Positions 1-8,228 of a stretch of DNA of 40,000 bases are shown here, one piece after another. Location: the NCBI GenBank assembly GCA_023417775.1, contig JAEZEJ010000065.1:2239-42238 (forward strand). Direction: 5' to 3'. Source of the DNA: Actinomycetes bacterium (lineage in GTDB: Bacteria; Actinomycetota; Actinomycetes; Propionibacteriales; Nocardioidaceae). Position 1 is the stretch's first letter. Each line of letters begins with the position of its first letter. The notes under the pieces were generated by a model, which was not told the origin of the DNA, ran no database searches, and saw nothing but the letters and a program-made list of their open reading frames with translations. A program made the translations under genes and the position numbers.

Positions 1-625
1 GCCAGCGGACGGCTCGTGCCGTCATCCCCGGAGCACCGGCACCGAAGGGGAACACCCGGCAGTGCAGCCGCTCGGCTCCCGCCAAGGCCCCCCAGGATCC
101 GAGATACAGGCTGAACACGGCCGCCACGAACACCGTGTCGCCGGGGCGCACCCCCATGCCCCACAGGATGCGCGCATGGTTGTTGGCGATCACCGACCAG
201 TCATCGCGACCGATCGCGAAGGCCGTCGGCGTCCCCGTCGTACCTGAGGTGCCGTGGATGTGGTGGATCTGCTCCTCGGGTACGCACAGGTAGTCGCCGA
301 AGGGCGGGTGCTCGAGCTGCGACTGGCGCAGATCGGCCTTGGTCACCACCGGCACCTGCTCGAAGGCCTCGAAGGAGGTGATGTCGCCGGGCTCCAGGCC
401 GGCCTCGGCCCACTTGCGGCGGTAGAAGGGCGAGGTCGCGGCGGCGTACTCCATCACCTCGCGCAGCCGGGCGAGCACCGCCTGCTGGCGAAGCTCGGGA
501 TCCATGGTCTCCCGTTCGGGGAACCAGTACGGCGAATCGGCAGGAGGGAAGTAGGTGTCGTCGTAGCGCGCGGGAAAGCCCCACTGCTCCATGTGCGCCG
601 CGGTGTCCAGGGACTGAATCGTCAT
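1..625 (-). CDS. Phenylacetate-CoA ligase (PaaK)/coenzyme F390 synthetase-family adenylate-forming enzyme, N-terminal part; 3' end runs off the window
   Basis: Absent from the supplied track because it has no stop in the window. My reverse-complement translation from ATG (complement of 623-625) reads MTIQSLDTAAHMEQWGFPARYDD...FGDYLCVPEEQIHHIHGTSGTTGTPTAFAIGRDDW...VFPFGAGAPGMTARAVRW and stays open to base 1. GTSGTTGxPT is the PaaK-type AMP-binding loop. It lies 42 nt downstream of the ThDP-enzyme gene on the same strand. Confidence 0.8.
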   Translation of the reverse strand, partial: MTIQSLDTAAHMEQWGFPARYDDTYFPPADSPYWFPERETMDPELRQQAVLARLREVMEYAAATSPFYRRKWAEAGLEPGDITSFEAFEQVPVVTKADLRQSQLEHPPFGDYLCVPEEQIHHIHGTSGTTGTPTAFAIGRDDWSVIANNHARILWGMGVRPGDTVFVAAVFSLYLGSWGALAGAERLHCRVFPFGAGAPGMTARAVRW

Positions 626-667
626 CGGGATGGGTCCTCTCGGTTCGGTTCGATTGCTCAGGCGTCG

Positions 668-2410
668 TCAGGAACGGGATCGACGGGCGATCTCGCGGTC
701 GTCCCAGGGGGTGAGCGCCTGGTACTCGGGCACGAAGCCCAGCCCCTTGCCCCCGTCGGGCGAGACGGCGTCGCGCGTCACGTCGACGTGGACGACGGCC
801 GGCGCGTTGTCGAGGGCCTTGCGCAGCGCCCCGGCCAGATCGGCGGGATCGTCGACGCGGATGCCGAAGGCCCCCAGGCCCTCGGCGAGGACGGCGTAGT
901 CGGCCTGTCCGAGCTCGGTCCCGGCGACCAGTCCGTAGTTCTCCTGCTGGTCGAAGCGCTCGATATTCCAGGCCTGGTTGTCCGCGACCACGAAGACCGC
1001 CCGTGCCCCGTGGCGGACCGCCGTGTTGATCTCCATGGCGTTCAGGCCGAAGGCGCCGTCGCCGTTCACCGAGACCACCGGCCGTTCGGGATGCTCCAGG
1101 GCGGCCGCGACCCCGAACGGGACACCGACGCCGAGACACCCGAGGGAGCCCGGATCGAGATAGGTGCCCGACTGCAGGCCCAGCCGGGCGAAGCTCAGCA
1201 GATCGCCGCCATCGGCGATCAGGATCGGGTCGGCCAGTTCGAGCTCGTGCAGGGCATCGAAGATCCGGTTCGGATGCATGCGCCCGTCCGAGCCGGCCGG
1301 TGCGCTGGCGAGCGCGGCTCGGTGACGTTCGGCGCGCTCGACGTGCGAGTTCCTCAGCTCGTCGCGCCAGGCGGTGCGAGGGGTGTGACCGGCGTGGACG
1401 AGTGCCTCGGTCGCATCGGCCAGTGTCCACGCGATATCGGCGAGGATCTCCACCTCGCCGCGACGATTGTCAGTCAGCTCGCTCGTCGCGTCCGACAGCC
1501 GGGCGAAGCGAGCGTGCGGGAAGACGGCCGGCGATCCGTAGCCGAGCTGGTAGTCCAGCTGCCGTCCGAGCGTCACCACGAGGTCCGCCTCGCTCATCAC
1601 GCGGGAACGGCTCGCTCCCACATAGGCCGGATGGGCGGTATCGAGCAGACCCCGGCTCTCCTGGGTGTCCAGATAGGCGGCGCCGGTGGCGTCGAGGAAG
1701 GAGCTGAGCTCGGGCCCGGTGTTCCGCGCGCCCCGTCCGGAGATCACCGCGATCTTGTCGGCCGAGGCGAGGAGCGCCGTCAGTGCGTCGATCTCGCGAG
1801 CATCGGCGCGGGCGCGACGCGGCTCGACGCGGCGCAGGTGCTCGGGCAGCACCACGCCGGCGGCTGGCGTGGCGCGGAGGTCGGCCGGGGGGATCTCCAG
1901 GTAGACCGGTCCGGGGGCGCCGGAGTCGCCGAGAGCGATGCTCCAGGCCTCGCTGATCTCTCGCAGGACCTGGTCGGCCTCGCGCAGCGTCCGTGCTCGG
2001 CGGGTGATCGGGCGCATCATCCCGACGTGATCGATGTCCTGCAGAGCACCCATATTGGCCTGCGGTCCCGGCGCGCAGCCGCCGATCAACAGGACCGGCG
2101 TCCGGGCCACGGAGGCATGGGCGACGGGGGTGACGGCATTCGTGACGCCCGGGCCGGCCGTCACCAGCGCGACTCCCGGCGCTCCGGTGAGCTCGGCGTG
2201 GGCCTGCGCCATGTGGACGGCGGCGGCCTCATGGCGGACGTCGACGATCTGGACGCCTCGGCGCGCGAGCTGATCCCAGATCGGCTGGATGTGACCGCCT
2301 TGGAGTCCGAAGACCCGTCGCACGTCATTCGCGACGAGGAATTCGGCTATCAGGCCGGCGACGGTGTCCTGCGCCGAGGCGGATTCCCGGGGTTCTGAGG
2401 GGCTGTTCAT
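668..2410 (-). CDS. Thiamine-diphosphate-dependent enzyme (acetolactate synthase / oxalyl-CoA decarboxylase superfamily), reaction not assignable
   Basis: 580-aa ORF. N-terminal ThDP pyrimidine-binding region ([38 protein letters not shown]) and C-terminal ThDP/Mg motif GDGAFG...ADNQAWN. Confidence 0.85.
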   Translation of the reverse strand: MNSPSEPRESASAQDTVAGLIAEFLVANDVRRVFGLQGGHIQPIWDQLARRGVQIVDVRHEAAAVHMAQAHAELTGAPGVALVTAGPGVTNAVTPVAHASVARTPVLLIGGCAPGPQANMGALQDIDHVGMMRPITRRARTLREADQVLREISEAWSIALGDSGAPGPVYLEIPPADLRATPAAGVVLPEHLRRVEPRRARADAREIDALTALLASADKIAVISGRGARNTGPELSSFLDATGAAYLDTQESRGLLDTAHPAYVGASRSRVMSEADLVVTLGRQLDYQLGYGSPAVFPHARFARLSDATSELTDNRRGEVEILADIAWTLADATEALVHAGHTPRTAWRDELRNSHVERAERHRAALASAPAGSDGRMHPNRIFDALHELELADPILIADGGDLLSFARLGLQSGTYLDPGSLGCLGVGVPFGVAAALEHPERPVVSVNGDGAFGLNAMEINTAVRHGARAVFVVADNQAWNIERFDQQENYGLVAGTELGQADYAVLAEGLGAFGIRVDDPADLAGALRKALDNAPAVVHVDVTRDAVSPDGGKGLGFVPEYQALTPWDDREIARRSRS

Positions 2411-2458
2411 GGTGCTCCTTCGCGGAACGGTGAGTGGTCCGCGTCACACCATAGGGTA

Positions 2459-2472
2459 TTCTGAATTCAGAA
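2459..2472. promoter_or_regulatory. Perfect 14-bp palindrome TTCTGAATTCAGAA, candidate GntR-type operator upstream of the ThDP-enzyme/ligase operon
   Basis: Self-complementary on inspection. AT-rich in a GC-rich context. Lies 49-62 nt upstream of the start at 2410 and directly downstream of the GntR gene. Confidence 0.45.
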
Positions 2473-2539
2473 CGCAAGGAGTCGAGGGCGCGGCTCATCC
2501 GGGGAGATCGCGAGGTGGTGCGGAGCGTGAGGCGGGCGC

Positions 2540-3211
2540 TCAGGCGCCGGACATCGCCTCGAGCATCATCGAGCGGCCGTGCTCGATGTGGTGATGGGCA
2601 CAGGTGCCGGCCTGCTCGACATCGCCGCGGATCACGGCCTCCGCGATCGCCTGGTGCTCCTCCCAGACCCAGGCGGGCACGCCGCCGCGGGCCAGGACCT
2701 CGGTCATGACCCGGCGGATGCTCTGGCTCAGCAGCACGGCCGTATCGAGGAGGAAGGGATTGCCGGTCAGGCGGTAGAAGAACATGTGGAAGTCGGCATC
2801 GGCGGTGACCATCTCGGAGAAGGCCCGCGCCTCGAACGCCTCGACACCTCGGGCGACGATCTCGTTCAGCCCCGCGAGGTCGGCGGTCGTGTCGAAGGAG
2901 CCCGCCGACAGCTTCACGGCGTGGACATCGAGCAGTTCGCGCATGTCGTACAGGTGATTGACGAAGGCAGGGTCCGTCGGCACGACCTCGAGACCCCGCC
3001 GGCCGGACTCGCGCACCAGGCCATGACGCTTCAACAGCACCATCGCCTGCTGGACGGGCTGCCGGGACACGCCGAAGCGGGCGGCGATGGCCTCCTGTCG
3101 AAGCTGCTCGCCGCCCTTGATCACACCGCTGCAGATGTCATCGATGATCAGCTCGTATACCTGCTCCGCGAGCGGTGGCGCGGTCGCGACCCTGGGCTCC
3201 ATCACTGCCAT
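2540..3211 (-). CDS. GntR-family transcriptional regulator (FadR/FCD-type C-terminal domain)
   Basis: 223-aa ORF. N-terminal winged-HTH signature LRQEAIAARFGVSRQPVQQAMVLLKRHGLV, followed by an all-helical effector domain with His-rich end (HHHIEHG). Confidence 0.85.
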   Translation of the reverse strand: MAVMEPRVATAPPLAEQVYELIIDDICSGVIKGGEQLRQEAIAARFGVSRQPVQQAMVLLKRHGLVRESGRRGLEVVPTDPAFVNHLYDMRELLDVHAVKLSAGSFDTTADLAGLNEIVARGVEAFEARAFSEMVTADADFHMFFYRLTGNPFLLDTAVLLSQSIRRVMTEVLARGGVPAWVWEEHQAIAEAVIRGDVEQAGTCAHHHIEHGRSMMLEAMSGA

Positions 3212-3278
3212 GGTAGGTCATCGTGCCGAGTGGCCCGGCCGATCGCGACCCGCCGGACGCCGCCGCCGCAGCCCGCGC

Positions 3279-4409
3279 TCAGTCGACGCCGGGGGCGAAC
3301 TTCGGAACGCGCATCGTCACCTTGGTGCCGAGCCCCACGCCCGTCTCGACCACGATGCCGTGGTCATTGCCGTACACGGTGCGCAACCGCTCATCGACAT
3401 TCGCGAGACCCACCGAGGGCGAGTCCGTGCGCCCCGAGAGCGCATCGCGCACCACGTCGGGCTCGGCCCCCACGCCGTCGTCCTCGATCCAGATGAGGCA
3501 CTCGGCCCCGGCGTCCTCGGCCACCACCGTGATCGTCCCGGTGCCGTCCTTCTTCTCCAGCCCGTGGCGGACGGCGTTCTCGACCAGCGGCTGCACCGAC
3601 AGGAAGGGCACCGTGACATTGAGGACCTCGGGGGCCACCCGCGTCACCACCCGCAGCCGATCGCCGAAGCGCGCCTTCTCCAGCACGAGATAACGCTCGA
3701 TCGACCGCAGCTCCTCGGCCAGGGTCGTGAACTCGCCGTGCTGACGGAACGAGTACCGGGTGAAGTCGGCGAACTCCAGCAGCAGCTCCCGGGCGCGCTC
3801 GGGATCGGTGCGCACGAAGGACGCGATGGCGCCGAGCGAGTTGTAGATGAAGTGCGGGGAGATCTGCGCCCGCAGGGCCCGCAGCTCGGCCTCCATCAGG
3901 GCGGTGCGGGAGGCATCGAACTCGGCGAGCTCCAGCTGGCTGGAGATCCAGCGCCCCACCTCCGACGCGGTACGGGCCAGCCCCGCCGAGGGGGAGTCGT
4001 CGGCGACGACCAGCGTGCCGACCACCCGTCCCTCGACGGTCAGCGGTGCCGCGAAGGAGGCTCCCGCCGCCTGCGGACGCCCGCTGTCGAGCACATCGCG
4101 GACCACCGGGGCGGACTGCTCCCAGGCCTCGCCGCCGGCCCACGCCAAGGGACCGTGGGTGTCGGTGAGGCCGACGGTGTGTGCGCCGATCAGCGCTCGC
4201 AGATGAGGGACGGCGCGACTCGCGGTGTCAGCGGTCAGGCCCCCGCGCAGCGCCGGTGCCGCGAGCGATGCGGTGTGCAAGGTGGCGTAGGTGGCACGCT
4301 CCTCCGGCGAGCCCAGCCCGCGGCGCCGTCCCAGATAGCGCCAGCGGATGAGCAGGGCGCCGGCCACGCCGGCCACGAGCAGGGCGGCCGCGAGCGCCAC
4401 ATCGGCCAT
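3279..4409 (-). CDS. Sensor histidine kinase, LytS/YehU-type (single N-terminal TM helix, GAF-like middle region, His_kinase + HATPase_c)
   Basis: H-box region RAQISPHFIYNSLGAI and ATPase motifs VQPLVENAVRHG, IEDDGVG, GLANV. Start placed at ATG (complement 4407-4409), giving TM helix MADVALAAALLVAGVAGALLI. The longer track ORF to 4805 overlaps the next gene and is Pro/Ser/Arg-rich junk. Confidence 0.8.
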   Translation of the reverse strand: MADVALAAALLVAGVAGALLIRWRYLGRRRGLGSPEERATYATLHTASLAAPALRGGLTADTASRAVPHLRALIGAHTVGLTDTHGPLAWAGGEAWEQSAPVVRDVLDSGRPQAAGASFAAPLTVEGRVVGTLVVADDSPSAGLARTASEVGRWISSQLELAEFDASRTALMEAELRALRAQISPHFIYNSLGAIASFVRTDPERARELLLEFADFTRYSFRQHGEFTTLAEELRSIERYLVLEKARFGDRLRVVTRVAPEVLNVTVPFLSVQPLVENAVRHGLEKKDGTGTITVVAEDAGAECLIWIEDDGVGAEPDVVRDALSGRTDSPSVGLANVDERLRTVYGNDHGIVVETGVGLGTKVTMRVPKFAPGVD

Positions 4410-4410
4410 G

Positions 4411-5094
4411 TCAGGTGAAGTCGATGAGGACGGTGTCGGGCGGATCGGGCTCGGCCGCGAGCTGGGACTTGTCGACCCGCGCGCGCAGGCACACGGTCTC
4501 GTGCCGCAGACGCAGCGACCCGGTCTGCTCGCCGTACTCGCGCCACAGGTCGCGCACGGCTCCCAGCGCGGAGCCGGAGACCGAGGGATGCTTCGTGGTC
4601 TCGGCGAAGCGCATGAGCGTGGGGAAGTCCAGCTCCTCCCACGCGTTGAACTCCTGCCGTTCGGGCTCGTGGAAGAGGCCGGAGGCGGTGAAGGTGGCGA
4701 CCGGGGTGATGGTGCCGGAACGATCGCCGGTGATGGTGCGCAGCTTGCGCATCCAGGGGATCGAGTCGTCGTAACGCCGCGCGATGGTGGAGAGCAGGCC
4801 GGCATCGGTCAGCACGCGAGCGTATTCGCCGAGCGCGGTGACCTCGTCGTCGATCTCCGGTGCGACGACCGCCTCGAAGCTGCGGGAGCGGAACGGCAGG
4901 AGATCGCCCTGCGACCGGACATAGGCGATGTGCGGGTGGCGGACCGTGGTGACATCGTCGCCGACGATCGTCACATCGTGGCCCTGATCGGCGAGCTCAT
5001 AGGCCAGCGGGCCGTCGCCGATGTGCAGCACGAGCGCCAGATGGTCGCCGACGAGCCAGTTCAGGGCGCGTGCTGCGGGGGCGACGGGGTTCAC
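4411..5094 (-). CDS. Class-I SAM-methyltransferase-like protein (motif I degenerate)
   Basis: 227-aa ORF. LVLHIGDGPLAYELADQGHDVTIVGDD resembles motif I/post-I, and LPFRSRSFEAVVA resembles the type-11 methyltransferase strand 4 region. Its stop is 1 nt from the kinase start. Confidence 0.55.
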   Translation of the reverse strand: MNPVAPAARALNWLVGDHLALVLHIGDGPLAYELADQGHDVTIVGDDVTTVRHPHIAYVRSQGDLLPFRSRSFEAVVAPEIDDEVTALGEYARVLTDAGLLSTIARRYDDSIPWMRKLRTITGDRSGTITPVATFTASGLFHEPERQEFNAWEELDFPTLMRFAETTKHPSVSGSALGAVRDLWREYGEQTGSLRLRHETVCLRARVDKSQLAAEPDPPDTVLIDFT

Positions 5095-5179
5095 CGTTCG
5101 ATCGTAACCGTCCGGCGCTACGGCCGGTGTCCCCGACGCGACGCCGCTCCGGGCGTGTCACCACCCGCGATACGCTGCC

Positions 5180-5899
5180 GTGGTGTCTGACCCGTTCATC
5201 GCCGCCGCCTCCCTCGAGGGCGTACCCTCGGCCTTCGCGGCGGCCCGCGACGGCATCGACGCGCTGCTGCGCGACCGCGGGCTGCGCAAGACCGCCCCCG
5301 AGGACACCGCGCAGGCCCTGTTGCTCGGCGCTTGGGCGACGGCGACGCTGGAAGGATCGGCCTATTCGGTCGACGAGCTGGCCGCAGGGGCGGGGGATGC
5401 GACGGCGCGCGGGGCGGTGCGACTGTCGACCGAGCTGCTCGGGCTGCTGCCGGCCTGGCAGCGCTCGCCGGTGCAGGCGCTTGCCCGACTTCACGCGATC
5501 GCGGCGGCGGGCACGGCCGACGACGCCGATCTCGGCCGCCCGGTCAACCCCGAGGGCGTGGCCCGGCTGACCAATCTCGCGCGGCTGCTGGGTCAGGCCA
5601 CGGAGGCTCCGGGACTGGTGGTCGCGGCCCTCGTGCACGCCGAGATCGTGGCGGCCGGGGCTTTCGCCTCGCACAATGCCGTCGTCGCGCGCGCGGCCGA
5701 GCGGCTGGTGTGGGTGGCCCGGGGTATCGATCCGGCCTCGGTGACGGTGCCGGAGGCCGGGCATGTGGCCGATGCGCCCGGCTACTTCGCGGGCCTGGAG
5801 GCCTACGCCTCCGCCGACCCCACCGGTGTGCACCAGTGGCTTCTCTACGCGGCCGATGCCGCGACCCGCGCCGCCGAGGCCTCACCGCTCACCCGCTGA
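5180..5899 (+). CDS. Conserved hypothetical protein (Ala-rich helical; possible degenerate Fic/DOC-like motif)
   Basis: 239-aa ORF with GTG start and strong G/C third-position bias. The segment GAFASHNAVVARAAERL aligns by eye to the Fic motif HPFxxGNGRxxR but lacks the His. Confidence 0.55.
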   Translation: MVSDPFIAAASLEGVPSAFAAARDGIDALLRDRGLRKTAPEDTAQALLLGAWATATLEGSAYSVDELAAGAGDATARGAVRLSTELLGLLPAWQRSPVQALARLHAIAAAGTADDADLGRPVNPEGVARLTNLARLLGQATEAPGLVVAALVHAEIVAAGAFASHNAVVARAAERLVWVARGIDPASVTVPEAGHVADAPGYFAGLEAYASADPTGVHQWLLYAADAATRAAEASPLTR

Positions 5900-5964
5900 C
5901 CGTCAGTCGACGAGGTCGGCCGGGGTCATCGCCGTGGTCGTCGCCGATCATGGAGGGCGCACAA

Positions 5965-5998
5965 GGCGGCGGCGCCACCCGCGTAGGGTGACGCCGCC
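5965..5998 (+). terminator. GC-rich stem-loop downstream of the 5180-5899 gene (terminator-like, no U-tract)
   Basis: GGCGGCG(5965-5971)/CGCCGCC(5992-5998) plus inner CACCC(5976-5980)/GGGTG(5986-5990) with a 5-nt loop. Lies 66 nt after the stop. Confidence 0.35.
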
Positions 5999-6265
5999 AT
6001 TAACCCGGTGATCGGCTACCAAGCGTGCCTTCGTCGAATCGTCGCCACGGGGCCGCTATGCGGATGTCCCGTGACGACTGCCCTGTGGGACGGGAGATCG
6101 CCGCGTGGGTACCGGGACCGGGTCGCTGTGGAGTTCTTCCTTGCTACCCCCAGCATGCACCACTGTGACCCAGTTCACAAGGGCGAATATCGGAGGGGGT
6201 GGTCCGCGGTCTTCGACACCCCGGTGACGGTCGTCGACGGGCCCAATGCCCCCCCTCGAGGTCTA

Positions 6266-7060
6266 CTACTGACCGGCGATCCGGCGCCGCACCAGCGAGG
6301 CCACGGCGGCCCCCGCGAGGGACACGCCGGCGGCGACACCGACCGCGGCGACGGCCTTGCCGGCCGGTGAACTGAGCCGGCTGCGCAGCGCGACCGGCCG
6401 GGCGAAGGTCAGCACCGGCCAGTCCTCGGTCTCGGCGCGCTCGCGCAGCACCTTGTCGGGATTGACCGCGAACGGGTGGCCGACGATCCGCAGCATCGGG
6501 ATATCGGTCTCGGAGTCCGAATAGGCGTAGCAGTCGGCGAGATCGTAGCCCTCGTGCTCGGCGAGCTCCTCGATGAGCTCGGCCTTGCCCTCGCCATAGG
6601 CGTAGTGGAGGATCTCGCCGGTGTACCGGCCGTCCTCGATCACCAGATCGGTCGCGATGACCCGGTCGACGCCCAGCATCGCCCCGATGGGCTCGACCAC
6701 CTCGCGCCCCGATGCCGACACGATCACGACATCGCGGCCGGCGGCATGATGCTCGGCGATCAGGTCGACCGCCTCCGCGTAGACGATCGGCTCGATGATG
6801 TCGTGCAGCGTCTCGGCCACCACGTGCCGCACCGTCTCGACATCCCAGCCGCGCACCATCTCGGTCAGATAGTGGCGCATGGCCTCCATCTGCTCGTGGT
6901 CGGCGCCGTTGGCGGCGAAGACGAATTGGGCGTAGGCGCTGCGCAGCACCGCGCGCCGGCTGAGCAGTCCTTCGGCGAACAGCGGTCGGCTGAACGCGAG
7001 CGTGCTCGACCGGGCGATGATCGTCTTGTCCAGATCGAAGAAGGCGGCGGTGCGGCCCAT
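6266..7060 (-). CDS. HAD-IB family hydrolase (SerB-like phosphatase fold) with C-terminal membrane anchor
   Basis: 264-aa ORF. Motif I FFDLDKTI, motif II VSAS, motif IV YSDSETDIPML. Hydrophobic tail AVAAVGVAAGVSLAGAAVASLV. Confidence 0.85.
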   Translation of the reverse strand: MGRTAAFFDLDKTIIARSSTLAFSRPLFAEGLLSRRAVLRSAYAQFVFAANGADHEQMEAMRHYLTEMVRGWDVETVRHVVAETLHDIIEPIVYAEAVDLIAEHHAAGRDVVIVSASGREVVEPIGAMLGVDRVIATDLVIEDGRYTGEILHYAYGEGKAELIEELAEHEGYDLADCYAYSDSETDIPMLRIVGHPFAVNPDKVLRERAETEDWPVLTFARPVALRSRLSSPAGKAVAAVGVAAGVSLAGAAVASLVRRRIAGQ

Positions 7061-7162
7061 GTGGCAAGACTACGGGGTGCGTACCGGAGCTGACGCGCAC
7101 GTTGTCCACAGCCTCTCCTCGCGACCCTTGCCGATGTCGGTGCCCGCGGCGACCCTGAGGCC

Positions 7163-8194
7163 ATGTCAACCATCGGGGTCATCAGTCAGCGCGAGTCCCT
7201 CGTCGAGCGCGGCCGGCGCTGGGCCGCGGCGGTGGGGGCCGAGGTCCTCGCGGTCGCCGACCCGGCGGCGGTCCGGCGGGTGTGGCGGTCCGCCAGCGCG
7301 GTCGTGGTGGACGGCGACGAGCTGTCCGTGCTGGCCGCGGCTGAGCTGACCCGCCGTGATCACGTTCTCATCGTCGACGAGTCGCCGGCCGAGCAGCTCT
7401 GGCGTGAGGCGATGGCGATCGGGGCGGTGGGGGTCTTCGCCCCGCAGGACGACGATGCGGTCACCGGCGCGTTGACCGCGGCCCTCGACGGTCGCGGAGA
7501 GGCCTGCGTCCTCAGCGTGGTCGGCTGCTCCGGCGGGGCCGGAGCCTCGACCCTCACGGTGGGCTGTGCCCAGCTCGGTGCCCGCCGAGGAGCTCGGTCA
7601 TTGGCGGTGGACGTGGACGCGGAGGGCCCGGGACTGCAGACCACGGCCGGCAGCGAGGACAGCCCCGGGCTGCGGTGGCATGACATCGCACGGGCCGACG
7701 GTCACGTCGCTGCCCGAGCACTGGCCGAGGCGTTCCCGGTGGCCGCGGGGGCGCGTGTCCTCTCCTTCGGGGCCGGGGAGCACCCCCACGTCGCCGCCGC
7801 CCCGGTGCTGTCGGCTGCCGAGAGGGGCTTCGATCTCGTGGTCGCCGACGTACCGCGCCACGCCGCCGGCACCGAGCTCGGCGCCGAGCTCATCGCTCGC
7901 TCGGTGGCGCTGGTGCTGCTCGTCCCCGAGCACGTCACGGGGGTGAGCGCGGCCCGCCGGTCGATGGACCGATGGAGGGAGCTCAACGACCGCTGTCTCG
8001 TGGTCTCGGGTGCCGTCCGCGGAGGTTTGGGGCCCGGTGATGTCGAGCGCGCACTCGGTCTTCCGGTGCTCGCCCGGCTCCGCCGGGAACGACGTCTGGC
8101 CGAGGACGTCGAGGCGGGCCGAGGACCGGCGCGCTCACGGCGGCTGCGACGCGTGGCCGGCCGCATCCTCGACACCGTCGGGATCGAGGCATGA
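7163..8194 (+). CDS. ssd: Septum-site-determining / CpaE(TadZ)-like ParA-family protein of the actinobacterial helicase/secretion neighbourhood
   Basis: 343-aa ORF. Deviant Walker A VVGCSGGAGASTL. N-terminal receiver-like region. Positioned first in the tad-like operon, divergent from the HAD gene, as in the M. tuberculosis Rv3660c region (from memory). Confidence 0.8.
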   Translation: MSTIGVISQRESLVERGRRWAAAVGAEVLAVADPAAVRRVWRSASAVVVDGDELSVLAAAELTRRDHVLIVDESPAEQLWREAMAIGAVGVFAPQDDDAVTGALTAALDGRGEACVLSVVGCSGGAGASTLTVGCAQLGARRGARSLAVDVDAEGPGLQTTAGSEDSPGLRWHDIARADGHVAARALAEAFPVAAGARVLSFGAGEHPHVAAAPVLSAAERGFDLVVADVPRHAAGTELGAELIARSVALVLLVPEHVTGVSAARRSMDRWRELNDRCLVVSGAVRGGLGPGDVERALGLPVLARLRRERRLAEDVEAGRGPARSRRLRRVAGRILDTVGIEA

Positions 8195-8228
8195 GCAGGC
8201 CCGGTCCCGTGAACATCGGAGCCCCGCG

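Noticed and set aside
254-2398. Very long ORFs antisense to, or frame-shifted over, recognisable genes. Examples: 254-2398(+), 7983-9863(-), 12075-14201(+), 17734-20664(-), 30990-32537(+) and 31527-33152(-) beyond 32270.
   Set aside because: These are typical high-GC artefacts. Their translations are Arg/Pro/Gly/Ala-rich with no motifs, and each is fully overlapped by an ORF with clear domain signatures and better codon bias.
4410-4805. An N-terminal extension of the histidine-kinase ORF giving 508 aa.
   Set aside because: The extension is Pro/Ser/Arg-rich and overlaps the well-formed 4411-5094 gene in another frame. The ATG at 4409 gives a sensible TM helix start.
7061-7162. The divergent HAD-ssd spacer as the location of a 6C-type sRNA, as I recall for M. 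tuberculosis.
   Set aside because: The spacer is only 102 bp. It has no C-runs longer than 4 and no convincing paired hairpins on either strand, and most of it is needed for two promoters. The 5900-6265 gap is the better candidate.
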